A stretch of DNA of 64,000 nucleotides. Source: Octopus vulgaris. Lineage: Eukaryota. The stretch lies in assembly GCA_951406725.2 (NCBI GenBank), contig OX597816.1:102920001-102984000 (forward strand), in the 5' to 3' direction. Every line of letters starts with the position of its first letter. Positions within the stretch are counted from its first letter, which is position 1. The notes under the pieces were generated by a model that did no database searches, was not told the DNA's origin, and saw only the letters and a list, made by a program, of their open reading frames with translations. Positions 28,305 to 41,254 of this stretch are shown here, piece after piece. Made by a program: the position numbers and the translations under genes.

Positions 28305-28797
28305 TACATACATACACACGCACACTGCAATACGAACAATAATCTTTGGATGGAAGTTATAAATGTTTTAATGCATCGCTACGCCCGTTTCCACAAATCA
28401 CATGTCTCTCAATATCACAGTCCGTATTCCTGGGATGATATATATGTATATATATATATATATATATAACATTTCTAGAAATGGCAACGAGAACAGAAGC
28501 TTTAAAACATAAATCAACAAAATGGAAAACGGAGTTCAACATGCAAGCATAATACTTCTATAAATCTTTATATATTTATGTTCACGCCGTATACATGTAT
28601 AGCTGCGTGTACGAGTGTGTGTAATTTGAAATGCTATCGTACTGAATCTTTTGCCATATTTGGTTTTTGTACATCCCACACTCCAGTAAGAACCCTTGTC
28701 CACTCAATGATAATGTGGCGAGACGCATCTCAGTTTCAGCTAGAGAGTGAGAGAGATAGAGAGAGAGAGAGAAAGAAGGAGGGGAATACACACACAC

Positions 28798-28850
<53 letters not shown>

Positions 28851-29155
28851 TGTACATTTTATACAATAATATTTAACACATTCGTGCTCACTTGGACGTG
28901 GGAAGATATTTCTATCCGCGAGGAAATTCTCCCTATAGGTACGGGATGATTTTATCCTAAGGCTTCTTCCGCAGCGCAAGATCTTTTCACGTTCAACGAA
29001 CGCGTAAGAATCGATCGTTCACACATGTATTTCATTCAATGCTGTTTTGGTCATCTCTACCTTATTAATTCTACTCGATCAGTCTTTTGTACATCAGGAA
29101 ATGTATATTTGTAGTTATATACATACATACATACATACATACACATATGGATATA

Positions 29156-29198
<43 letters not shown>

Positions 29199-29338
29199 AG
29201 TACGCATATACATAAAATTATTCATGAGCGCATATATATATGATCGCTAATATTACACAACCACCCACGCACACGCGCTCGCACGCGCACACACGCATAC
29301 GCGTATGTATATATGTGTGTGTATATATATATATATAT

Positions 29339-29560
29339 GGCGGCGAGCTGGCAGAATCGTTAGCACGCCGGGCGAAATGCGTAGCCGTATTTCGTCTGCT
29401 GTTACGTTCTGAGTTCAAATTCCGCCAAGGTCGACTTTGCCTTTCATCCTTTCGGGGTCGATAAATTAAGTACCAGTAACGCACTGGGGTCGATATAATC
29501 GACTTTGTCTGTCCTTGTTTGTCCTCCCTGTGTTTAGCCCCTTGTGGGTAGTAAAGAAAT
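29339..29560 (+). mobile_element. S1 SINE, well preserved, with alternative 3' tail
   Basis: GGCGGCGAGCTGGCAGAATCG head, GAGTTCAAATTCC B box and S1 body. Ends CCCCTTGTGGGTAGTAAAGAAAT, which is also seen isolated at 16688-16709. Confidence 0.92.
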
Positions 29561-29561
29561 G

Positions 29562-29605
<44 letters not shown>

Positions 29606-29999
29606 GACAGACAGAGAAAGAGAGAGAGAGTGAGAGAGAGAGAGAGGGAGGGAGAATCATGTAACGCAAAGGAGCAGTGCACGGAACCAAAATTTTCGAT
29701 TCGAGTGAAATATAATAAACTACTGCAATTCGACTGGTTAGTTTGAATTGGCATTAAATTGTGTAAGTTCCAATAATGAAGTCAGATTAAATATTGATAT
29801 TTTAAGATAATTTACTACGTAAGATTCAGATAATATATAACAGGAAATGTATAGTGGGAATGCAACAAAATATATAATAGGAAATGCATCAAAATATTTT
29901 GAAATGTTTTAACTGAAAAAGCTCTTATCCTATATATTACGCAGATCTGAGAAGCACGTACAAAATGACTTCATTTATTTCGTTTGACTTCATTATTAC

Positions 30000-30135
30000 A
30001 ACATGTAGCACCTTGGGCAAGTGTACTCAACTTCCCATTGTGTGACATCTTGAAGAAGTATCCTTAACAATACCCTCAGGCCGGGTAATGCCTTGTGAGT
30101 GGATGTGGTAGGCGGAAACTGAAGGAAGCCTGCCA
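30000..30135 (+). mobile_element. Partial S2 SINE (CORE region)
   Basis: CACCTTGGGCAAGTG ... GCCTTGTGAGTGGATGTGGTAGGCGGAAACTGAAGGAAGCC. Confidence 0.75.
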
Positions 30136-30213
30136 TATATTCATATATATATATATATATATATACACATACATATATACATACACATAAACTTACACAC
30201 ACACATATATATA

Positions 30214-30273
<60 letters not shown>

Positions 30274-30300
30274 CCATCCATATATACATACGTATATGTA

Positions 30301-30772
30301 TTAGGTTGGCAACTAAGTTTTCGCCGTTTTTTTAAAATTAAAATTCTTTAAAAGATTTAATAAGAAATAACAACTAATCAATCAACAATGTATTCACCCT
30401 TGTTGTTTACAACTTCTTCTCACGTTCAACAAGATTTTCAATACCTCGTTGGTCGAAATCACCCGATTTCGACTCAAAAAATTGATCCAACCAAGCTCTC
30501 AATTCTGCATCGGTATTGAACGAAACTCCGCGCATAGCATTTGAAAGAGATCGAAAGAGGTGGAAATCCTTTGGTGCCAAATAAGGAGAGTACGACAAGA
30601 GTATGGCAGCACTTCCTAGCCTTGCGTTTGAATGGCTTCCTTGGTAATATTGGCGATATGAGGGCAGGCATTGTCGTGCAGCAGAAGAACTCCATGCTGC
30701 CGATTAGGTCTTTTCTCTTGAATAGACATGTTGAGTCGTTCCACCTGTTGAACATAGAGTTCCGACTTGACC

Positions 30773-30775
<3 letters not shown>
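30301..30775 (-). mobile_element. Mariner (DD34D) transposon 3' half with TIR
   Basis: LLHDNACPH and YSPYLAPKDFHLFRSL (YSPDLAPxD motif). TIR TTAGGTTGGCAACTAAGT abuts TA at 30299-30300. Confidence 0.92.
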
Positions 30776-30808
<33 letters not shown>

Positions 30809-31057
30809 GGCTGATACCTCTTTAAAAATAAATTAATAAATGTTAACACGAAAAGCTACAAAGTATAAAAGCACTTATCTTTAATCTCAACCGAATATCA
30901 ATAATCCAGCTTGACTGAAATTGTAGAAACTCGACCATTACCCTATGTAAAGATAATATCTGGTGGGACAACGTGTTTTCAGAGCAATTGTAGATTTGTA
31001 CATAACAAGGTAAATACATATATCAGAATTACTGAAAGTTTTTTTTTAAAGTAAATG

Positions 31058-31170
31058 CGCAGGCGTGATTCTCTAGTTAAAAGGCTTGTTTCTTAACCAT
31101 GTGACCTTGGGTTCAGTCTCATTGCGCAGCACCTTAGGCTAATGCTTTCTGTTATAGCCCCAGCCGACCA
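31058..31170 (+). mobile_element. 5' fragment of S2 SINE
   Basis: GCGCAGGCGTG head, GGGTTCAGTCTC B box, CACCTTAGGC..ATGCTTTCTGTTATAGCC. Confidence 0.7.
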
Positions 31171-31552
31171 CTTTTGTACATACATCTGTAACAATACAAT
31201 TACCAACTCTAAATCTCTATAGCAAATAGCCCCAAACTTTAACTGCACGTCCGTATAATACACACAAACACTTTTCACAGTATCTTTCAACGCTCTATAT
31301 CAACTCATCTGGTCACTCTATTAATAATTTCTTTTTAACTGAATATTTTCACACACATTTCGGAGAATCACATTTCAGGAAACACAAATAGCTTTGCAGG
31401 ATTTTCTCTCTCGTAACATCGCCTTCCCTAGATATAAATTAACATTTCTCCTTTTCCTAATCTCTATTCACTTCTATTCCATGTATGTGCATATATGCTG
31501 TGTAGTATTGATGCTTTCCTGATTTACTTTTGCATGTGTATGAATGTGTATG

Positions 31553-31617
<65 letters not shown>

Positions 31618-31737
31618 ATGTATCTCTCTTGGTGTGTATTCACAGATATACGAAACTGAATGAAGAATGCTTTTCTGAGAAAATATGTTTTCCCGTGTAC
31701 GTATGAATGGATACAGATATGCATTTACGCATAATCA

Positions 31738-31945
31738 CAAAGGGGTGCTGAAAAGTTCCTGGCTTTAAGGAAGGCCTGGCTGGAGGCCCAAATTGCCGAG
31801 TTCTTTTAAAAGGCTTAGAAAAACTGAAGGACTGCTGTAATAAGTGTGTGAATCTGAGAGGGGAATATGCTGAATAAAATCATAATTAACTGATTGTCCT
31901 GTATTTTTCTTTACCCAAAGCCAAAGACTTTTCAACACCACCTCA
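31738..31945 (+). mobile_element. Mariner-derived MITE
   Basis: TIRs GGGGTGCTGAAAAGTTCCTGGCTTT and AAAGCCAAAGACTTTTCAACACCACC. Interior encodes a mariner C-terminus, GLEKLKDCCNKCVNLRGEYAE*. Confidence 0.85.
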
Positions 31946-32066
31946 TATATATCTATGCCATTGGGTCGGCATATACACTACATACTGGAAGATGGCATTT
32001 ACGTATATATAAGGATAATAAAATGAAAGTTTATTTTATTATACTTTCATTAGCTCGACCGGCACA

Positions 32067-32463
32067 TCTTTATATATAAAAGAGAGGTTGTGTGCTGTCT
32101 GTCTCCTACGATTTAGATTCCTAACTACTCCCACATTTTGCGGTGCAGTTTAACCAAAACCGGGTATCTTATAGTCGTGATTCATATCGAGCCCTTCTGG
32201 GTATTAGCACGCGTCTACGATGAGTCTACGATTAAAAAAAAAATTACCATCAATTTTTCCCATTTTTAATGCATTTTTGGCATATATAAGGGAAGTAACT
32301 CTCTAAAAATTTATTATTAAATCTCAGAACGTAAAAAGCTACAGTAACACCCCCCCCCTTTGTGGTTAGCCATATTGAGATGGCTATTATACTTTACATC
32401 TCTAAAAATGCTTATATAGTTATTTCCCTTACAAACCCGAGCAACGCCGGGCGATACTGCTAG
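32067..32463 (+). mobile_element. Non-autonomous Helitron (second copy)
   Basis: A|TC start, same hairpin and CTAG|T end. Both ends are near-identical to 12486-12884. Confidence 0.9.
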
Positions 32464-33343
32464 TTACATATAACCAACTCTTATAGGTACCGATTACGTT
32501 AACCCTTCGTTCAACACTCGATTTTTTATTCTCGGTCTGGTTTGTGAGCTTATTGTCGGTATCTATGATACGTCATTTTTTGACGTCTTTTTAACTATTT
32601 TATACATACGACCATAAAAGCTATACAAGCTATTTTATAGATACAAACATTTAGTGTTCCTGGGTCAAGAATTTAGCTTCCCACAAAACGACGATGCTCA
32701 AGTCTTCAATATGCCTCACACGCAGCTCATGTTAGAGCGGTAAATGGAATTTTGAAATAAACTCTTCGATCTTGTCGAAATCATCCGAAAACTTCGAGTC
32801 GTTTCAATACTGCTGAGTGTAAATAGAATGTGGTGCTGTGTATGTGTGTGTGTGTGCCTGCGCACGCGCGCCTACGTATGTGTCTGTGTATCTGTCAGTG
32901 GACTGTCAACATTTGATATAATATATTCATTCTACCCAATGCATGATGGGTAATGCTTATATTACATAAATCATATTTCAATGTATTCTATAACTCTTAC
33001 ATTATGATATACCGGAATCCTCTATGTATATCAACTACTTTAGTTTAGGAGATTTTGCAGTTACGGAAATTCTAAAGTATGTCCACTAATTTCGGGATAC
33101 AATCAATATTTTTGTCCTAACGGAAACTCGAACAATTTTTAAGAGTTTAATTTACGTTTACTTCTTACCCAAACGATGGAATGTCGGGGTTTTTAAGCTA
33201 AGACCTAATTATAGTTAACAATTTGAAAAGTAATAATCACGATACATACATAAGCGTGTGCATACTTTTTGAGTCATAAAGGCTACCTATCTATCCCTTT
33301 TTATTTATTTATCTCTCTACATGTATGTAGGTATGTGTGTAAG

Positions 33344-33450
<107 letters not shown>

Positions 33451-33460
33451 GCATATATAT

Positions 33461-33847
33461 ACTCTTTTACTCTTTTATTGCGGCCATGCTGGAGCACCGC
33501 CTTTAGTCGAGCAAATCGATTCCGGGACTTATTCTTTGTAAGCCCAGTACTTATTCTATCGGTCTCTTTTGCCGAACCGCTAAGTGACGGGGACATAAGC
33601 ACACCAGCATCGGTTGTCAAGCAATGCTAGGGGGACAAACACAGACACAGAAATATACACACACATACATATATATATACATATATCCGACAGGCTTCTT
33701 TCAGTTTCCGTCTACCAAATCCACTCACAAGGCATTGGTCGGCCCGAGGCTATAGCAGAAGACACTTGCCCAAGATGCCACGCAGTGGGACTGAACCCGG
33801 AACCATGTGGTTGGTAAGCAAGCTACTTACCACATATCCACTCCTGC

Positions 33848-33848
<1 letters not shown>
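33461..33848 (-). mobile_element. S2 SINE, near full length
   Basis: Highly similar to 13601-14023. The tail hairpin segment is deleted. Confidence 0.92.
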
Positions 33849-33901
<53 letters not shown>

Positions 33902-34003
33902 ATAAAAATGGTGAGACAGCAAAAGAATGAAAGAGACCTCGATATTATGTAAATAAAGGAATTTATCTGTAAATGTAATATGTGAAAATTATTTGGTAGC
34001 CAT

Positions 34004-34064
34004 GATAAAACTCCGAGTTTCGGATGCCGGGGTAGAAATCCATGCCGCTATCTCTTCAGTTATC
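34004..34064 (-). ncRNA. Minimal type I hammerhead ribozyme motif
   Basis: Minus strand: GAUAA | CUGAAGA | G...C (imperfect 31-nt stem-loop II) | GAAA | CUCGGAG | UU | UUAUC. Perfect 5-bp stem I, stem III ACU/AGU, GUU triplet. Confidence 0.7.
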
Positions 34065-34407
34065 CGGCCATCGGAAAAAAAGCTATGAAAAATGACCGTT
34101 ATACAAAGAGAAATTACTGTGTGATTGCCCGTTATTAAGACAAAAGAGCTATTTGAATGACCGCTAAGGAGTAAATATTCAAATGAATATTTATATAGAT
34201 ATTTTTATTGTTATTATTATCAGCGGTAAATTTAAAGAATTGATAACAACAAAAATATAGGTCGTATATTTTTCTAGATGGTGGTTACAATAGAGGGCAC
34301 ACGAGACACCTACCTGCTAGAAAGAGGAGTTAAATCCTCAAGTAAACCACCGAATTACACTAAAATATACATACATACATACATACATACATACATACAT
34401 ACATACA

Positions 34408-34440
<33 letters not shown>

Positions 34441-34560
34441 TATACATTATTATACTTAAGTAGTCTAGCAATGATTTCTTTTCCCAGGATTTTCTGTTGG
34501 TAAGTTGGAAACGTTCTTTCAAATTCATTAAGTATTCTCAGATAATATTTTGTACAGATA

Positions 34561-34765
34561 AGGCAGTGAGCTGGCAGAATCGTTTGCACGCTTTCTAAAT
34601 GCTTGGTGGCATTTTTACGTTATGAGTTCAAATTCCACCGAAGTTCGCTTTGCCTTTCTTCCTTTCGGGGTCGATAAAATAAGTACCAGTTGAGTACTTG
34701 GATCGACGTAATCGGCTCATTCCCTCCCCCGTAATTGCAGTCCTTGTGCTAAAATGTGAAATGAA
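34561..34765 (+). mobile_element. S1 SINE
   Basis: Head, B box and body as in other S1 copies. Flanked by TTTTGTAYAGAT direct repeats. Confidence 0.9.
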
Positions 34766-34791
34766 TTTTTTGTATAGATGTAAGACTACGA

Positions 34792-35008
34792 ACATTATTA
34801 CATTATTTACAATTGATTGATATTTGTCCTTTTCTTGTTAGTTGTTGACACAACGTTTCCGTTGATATACCCTCCAGCCTTCATCAGGTGTCTTGGGGAA
34901 ATTTCGAACCTGCGTTCTCATTCCTAAGGTATTTTTCGATGTTGTTATTATTAACAACAAACAAGATGAGGACAAATATCCGTCAATTGTAAATAATGTA
35001 AATAATGT
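34792..35008. mobile_element. Short palindromic PLE-derived element carrying a hammerhead motif
   Basis: 34792-34846 is the imperfect reverse complement of 34953-35008. The interior holds the hammerhead motif at 34847-34892. Confidence 0.7.
34847..34892 (-). ncRNA. Minimal type I hammerhead ribozyme motif (stem II decayed)
   Basis: Minus strand: GACAC | CUGAUGA | AGGCUG...CAACG | GAAA | CG | UU | GUGUC. Perfect 5-bp stem I and palindromic ACGU stem III. Confidence 0.65.
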
Positions 35009-35040
35009 ACATAATTCCACATCTCTTAAATATAAAACTG

Positions 35041-35258
35041 TAAGACAACTAGCTGACAGAATCAGTGCCGCGCCTGAAAAAATGCTTAGCGGCATTTCTT
35101 CCGAGTTTACGTTCCGAGTTCAAATGCTGCAAAGGTTGACTCTGTCTTTCATCATTTCGAGGTCGATAAAATAACTACCAGCTGAGTACTGGGGTCGATG
35201 TAATCGACTCATCCCCTCCAGCGAAATTGTTAGCCTTGTGCCCAAATTCGAAACCTAT
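35041..35258 (+). mobile_element. S1 SINE
   Basis: GAGTTCAAATGC B box, S1 body and 3' end GAAATTGTTAGCCTTGTGCCCAAATTCGAAAC. Confidence 0.88.
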
Positions 35259-35639
35259 ATTTTGTACAGATGTAACACTAATCTTTCCCTCTGCAAATAA
35301 CTGCCATTAACTGATGAAATATATCATAATATCCTACTGAACTGCCCTTTGAGATGAGTAACCCTTCCCAAGTGCCGGTCTCTCATTACAATAGAGCCAC
35401 CAGAACAAAGTGGAAATCAAAATCACATTTGTTGACGACGTAGCTGTGTAACAAAGATGAGTAGTCTTGAACATTTGAGAACTAGTATTTGTTTAGTTAG
35501 TAATGAAATAACATAGAGAAAAAAAGACACTTCAGGAATCAATGACATTTTCAAACGCACTCACTCTATCAGAGCTGTATTTTTTTTTTATTAAAATACG
35601 TCTGTATTTCTATTAAACTGCGAAAAAAAAATTACTTTC

Positions 35640-36150
35640 CTAATTGAATCTGACTTGATTTTCTGTATAAAGGAGACAGATCGTGGAGTTATCGAGTTAC
35701 AGTGTCATTTGAAAGTGCTATCTGAACCATTACTTTTGCTGCTGCCTGCTCGCACAGAATTTCCATGCAGACATCTTTAATACAGCCTTTCACTAGCAAT
35801 TCGCTGACTGTAAGTCTTTTTAACCTTAGCAGCTCCGAAGTGTTACTTTATAAGAAACCTACAAAGCACAAATATTTGTGTGTGACACTTCAAAGAGATG
35901 TCTTTGACGGCCTTTTAAATCAATATGCTTTCTTTCAAAGAACTCTTTCGACTTTGAACTAATTTCTTTATGTTTTGTAGTTAAATGCCGTTTGAGGTTT
36001 GTCGGTTTCATTGAGTCACTACACAACATATCTCTAAAAATTACACACATAACGATTTGTGCACTACCCCAGCATTTGTGGTAACAAAGCCAAATTGAAT
36101 GTAAGAGCAAATCACATTTCAGAGTGCAGTTTGTACGAATTCTTTTTTAC
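35640..36150 (-). pseudogene. hAT (Charlie/Buster-like) transposase N-terminal remnant
   Basis: CVI...L.SDSMKPTNLKRHLTTKH...K.KEFFERK...AL..SYKV.LR matches the BED-finger MKPSKLKRHL.TKH signature of Charlie/Buster transposases. Confidence 0.85.
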
Positions 36151-36284
36151 CTGTGAGCCTTCGATTTAATTTATATTGTCATCATCATGATTTGTAATTG
36201 CTGATGTGTTCAGCAACCGATCTTACAAAATATTTCTATTGAGTCTCAGTTACAAATCTACAAATTAGAGATAAAAATAATATG

Positions 36285-36640
36285 CATGTGTGGTTTAGAA
36301 GCTCGCTTTGCAACTATGCAGTTACAGGTTCAGTTCCACTGCGCGGAATATTGGGCAAGAATTTTCACAGCATCGTGTTGACCAATAGCTTTTGAATGAT
36401 TTTCATAGACGGGAACTGTAGAAGGTCGTCGTATGCGCGTGCGCAACTTTGTGATCATTTTTCCTCCACTTCGCTTGACATATTAGCGTTGGTTTGTAAA
36501 TTAGAGGTGCGGCAATAGAAACCGATAGGGTAAGCACCAAACTTAAAAACATATCTACTGAAGTCGATTTGTTCTTGTAAACTCTTCAAGGCGATGCTCC
36601 AGCGTTGCCGCATTCCAAGAACTGAAACAACTATAAGATT
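36285..36640 (+). mobile_element. Old S2 SINE
   Basis: GGTTCAGTTCC B box, TTGGGCAAG core and tail GGCGATGCTCCAGCGTTGCCGCA...ACTGAAACAA. Confidence 0.8.
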
Positions 36641-36866
36641 AAAGATGTAAGAACTCCCGAGTGTAATTATATTTTATGATATGAGGGTGAACTATAGAAT
36701 ACATGCTTTGATTGAGAAACAGCGGAGAGAGGGGATAGTGATTAATAATGTTAGAATAAGACGATAATATAAAATTGAATTACGAATACGATACTTTGAA
36801 ATAATGATAGTCTTTATAATCTGAGATCCGTAAATTAAACGAAGATACCAAAAGACAAACGTACAG

Positions 36867-36999
36867 ATAGTTTCTCTTCAACTCCGTGATGGTAACTGCA
36901 TATCAAATTAATCATACAGAAGTTTGCGTCATCACTTCAATGCTAATAAGCAATACCCTCGGCTATGAAGCAAGTACATTCTGGTGACTACTACTACTA

Positions 37000-37070
<71 letters not shown>
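36867..37070 (+). mobile_element. Second copy of the (CTA)n-tailed retroposon 3' end
   Basis: Matches 4298-4418. Tail is (CTA)n(CTG)n(CTA)n. Confidence 0.7.
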
Positions 37071-38188
37071 GCCGCCGTCACCACCAGCGCCGCCGTCGCT
37101 ACCAAAAATATTACTATTACTAATACATATGTTGAACGTTACTGGTTAAAAGATGTAGAGCGGCTGTAATTGCAATATTCGATTCTGAATAAAGGAACTG
37201 TAATTATCATTTAACTCACTGTTTCCCTCCTTACGAATACAATATCTATTGTAATTACTATTAAAGCATAATAGCTGTGAAGCCCTTCTCCACACGCACA
37301 ATTAAAAGCCTGTTATGATGACCGTCACTTTGTACTTGTATTTAAACTGTCCAACAATTTATATTAGACTTCATTTATATTTAGACTAAAGCAGTTATAC
37401 TTGCTAAAACTGAAAGGATTGTGATGACAGTTATTTCGAGCCCATAAAATACCTTCAAGTGGTTTTGACTATGCCGGGCTTTTTCTCTGTTTGTATTCAA
37501 TAGTTTTAAAGCGAGAGTCAATGTACGAAATCCAAACTCTCTCTTTAGACTTGGAGGTTTGACAATAGTAACTCAGCTAGCAAAGACATATGTGCTGACC
37601 AGCAAGCCGTAGGCTTTACATGGAGTGGCTTTCACCTAGGTTGCCGGAAAAGTGTCAACGAGGGCACCAAATCGCTCGATAGACTCCATTTCATGATTGC
37701 AGTTGTGATTGTCTTCCCTAGTATTTTCCTGTTTCAAGATACCATAACATAATGAAGGTTTGACTGCTGAGTTTCTACCATAAAATATTAATTTGCCATA
37801 ACTGGAGCTCTGATCGCTATCACTATTCTGGGTCAGAATAGAACTGGGAGTAATAACGGCTAAGAGGCGGTTCCGCACTCCTCAAAACCCTAGAAAACTT
37901 GAATCAGGGCCCCACTACCTGCAGTTTAAAGTCATATCCAGGATAGAAGAACAATATCGGAAGACCAATTAAGAAATGTTATGTAGCCAGCAACTGATGG
38001 TTTGCGTGCCGAAACTTTTACTTTTATTACAACTTGAGTTGCCTTGCTCTGTAACATGTACTCTGAGAGTTGTTTTTCCGCGTCCATTGCAAACACCATC
38101 TATATGCGTGTGTGCCTGTGTGTGTTTGATGAGCATGCATGCATGAATGAATGTGCACCAAACATAATGAATATATATATATATATAT

Positions 38189-38344
38189 AAATGGGTAAGG
38201 CCGGTTTATGGGATTACTTTAGTTTTTCCGTCCATATTTTTAAGAGGTCAGGGGCCAACATGTTTTTGGGATCTGTCGATACGCCATAAAGCTAAACCCT
38301 TTATGGTGGGAAATCTAAACTAATCCCACAATCCGGCCTTCCCC

Positions 38345-38348
<4 letters not shown>
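38189..38348. mobile_element. MITE with ~47-bp TIRs inside (TA)n
   Basis: 38189-38236 is the imperfect reverse complement of 38302-38348, with (TA)n on both sides. Confidence 0.8.
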
Positions 38349-38387
<39 letters not shown>

Positions 38388-39086
38388 CATCTGCACTCTC
38401 TCACACATACATATTACTCTGGATGGTGTTCTAAGGTAATCACGCATACAATACGTCCCCCATCTCCACTTCGCTATTGAATCCAATCGAAAGACAGAAC
38501 CAATACAGTATGACAGCGGCGGCATCGCTGTCACAGGGAATTTGAGAACAATAAGGTACATTTGAGACACCTCAGAGTTTACTCCCGTAGTAACCCTTCC
38601 TATTGTTGAACGGGTGGCAACTGAAAACAATGAGTGCTCGAAATCAGAGTTCCGCTCTCTCCTCGGCGAACTGCCTTCTCAAAATGTTTCATTAGCTTTT
38701 CTCTTAACAGACTTGCTGCAAGACAAGAACATTATTTGTCTATAGCAATGACTGACGAGCGTTAGGGTGTATTTACGCAATGGTTGGTCAGCACACCACG
38801 TTTCATTACTTAACCGCTTCTCCGACATCCACTAAAGTTTTACCTGGGCTATGAGGTAGTCATTTTTCGAGTTTAGGTACTTGAGGAGGCACTGTTGTTG
38901 GTAGAAAAGATCTACATTGGCAGAGACTGTCTTATTCACTTGGCTCCATTTCCCATTCTTTATTAAGTAAGATAGCCTGCAGCTACAACTAAAGCAGAGA
39001 ATAGCAAGCATAAATCGGCATGTAGCATGTACTGACTAAAAGCACTACCACACTACTGCATTACTGCACTATAAACTTCACACACA

Positions 39087-39126
<40 letters not shown>

Positions 39127-39683
39127 GTTTCAGCACACCCACACTATATCACTTAACAACACAAGTAATTATAGCTAAAAATATTTCTGATAAAAATAAA
39201 ATCACTCAATTGTTTTTTTGTTTTCCTCAAATTGAACATTAAAGCGGATTTGGCCTTTTTACGATTCAATATTTAAATTAATATTTTTTGCGCATTTGCC
39301 AGTTTTATACTGTAAAAACGTCTACAAGTATTGTAAACCGCCAATAAATCTATTACGAATGATATAGTTTGTAGCATTTGTTGATTTTATATCATACATC
39401 TGTTGGACAGCTATTGTTCAGCTATACGTGGAAGTACGTTTTTAACGCATCGTGCCCTTGTCCTCTGCATTTCCGTTGGCAGAATATAAACCAGAAGTTA
39501 TTTTTGTTCGAAGATACCGGTTTCTAAATGTTGTGTCTAATGTGCAGATCTTTTGCCGATATACACCGGCGAAAGATGTAAACGCTCAAATGCACAAAGA
39601 AACAAACCAACACATATCCATGTACATCGACTGCACATATGTATACATACACACAAACACACGTATATATATATATATATACA

Positions 39684-39740
<57 letters not shown>

Positions 39741-39917
39741 GTGCATGTGTGTTATGTGTGAATGTGTTAAACGGAATGACATAAAGAAATAAACCATTTT
39801 ATTTACATCAAAATAGATATACATATTCTAATATAATTTATCCATGTTTCAGCGGGAAGTGTTTATAAGCTTTATAAACATATCGACATATCGTACTCAT
39901 CAGCAAGTGATGGCTAG

Positions 39918-39975
<58 letters not shown>

Positions 39976-39989
39976 TTATATATGCATAC

Positions 39990-40020
<31 letters not shown>

Positions 40021-40419
40021 TACACATATATGTATGTATGTGTGTATGTATGTGTGTATGTGTGTGTCTGTGTGTTTTTATTAGGTATTGCTTATTCACT
40101 CGTTGAAAGGTGGTAAAACTTACTCTGATGGTGGGATTTTATACCTTAATTTGAGTGAAAAATTGTTGGTAATATTGATTTGGCTGGGATCCTAATTTTC
40201 GCCCTCACCGGTTCACTCAGTTAATTGCATAAGCCATTAATGGGGAAAACTGACTTAATTCAGCATTATCAATGTGTGTATGTGTGTGTGTGTGCATATC
40301 TATGTATGTATGTATGTATGTATGTATGTATGTATGTATGTATGTATATAAGGGACGAGAAGCGAAAGGGCCAAGTAAATAAATAACTAAGCAAATGTAC
40401 AAAAGAACACATGACTGTT

Positions 40420-41165
40420 ACGGGTGTAAGGTTTTAGCACCAGCAGAGTGCAAATCAAGACTTGACAGAGCTGGCCAATATATACATTGGATATGACGGC
40501 ATTATAAAATCAAAACGGTTGACAAATGGTACAAGCACCACCCTCAGGCTGTAGCTGAGGTAGAAAATATAGCCATCCTTTGGGACTTACCAGTATGTAC
40601 AGACCGGACCATCAAAGCAAATAAACCAGATATTGTTGTGAAAGAGCAAAACAATAAAGTCTGTTTATTGATTGACATGAGTATACCCAGTGACCATTAC
40701 ATCTCGGCAGAAGAATTTGATAAGCTTAGAAAATATAAAGATTTGCTAATCGAAAAAAAGTGGCATCACCAAGACGGTTACAATACCAGTAGGAGCACTT
40801 GGATTGATAAAAAAAAAGGAACTGAAAATTATTTGAGGATGATTACTAGCTAGCTAATCATCCATGCAGGAAATTCAAAAGATTGTCTTAACTGGTACGT
40901 CACACGTACTGAGAAGAGCATTGTCGCTGTGAATTTTCTCCCCACCATTATTTTCGTTGTTTACTTTTTTATTTTGTATTTTTCCTTTATGCTACTGTCT
41001 TTCTTCCCCTTTTTCTCTATCACATGACTATGTAAATGAACAATCTGGTGTGCTTATTTTAATGGCCTACCAAAGTATACAGGGCATTTCTCTGCCCCCA
41101 GGTGTCAGGAACACACTCGGCAAGACATAAAAATAAAACTGAAAAAAGATGATAATGAAAATATT
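40420..41165 (+). mobile_element. R4/Dong-clade RLE 3' fragment, subfamily A2 (older)
   Basis: GCKVLAP...GQYIHW, KPDIVVKEQNNKVCLLIDMSIP, KYKDL. 3' UTR similar to 6512-6720. (TAA)n tail at 41171-41254. Confidence 0.92.
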
Positions 41166-41168
41166 AAA

Positions 41169-41254
<86 letters not shown>

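Noticed and set aside
37420-37490. Minus-strand AGCCC...GGGCU-C-GAAA-UAACUG-UC resembling half a hammerhead
   Set aside because: No recognisable CUGANGA box or stem I.
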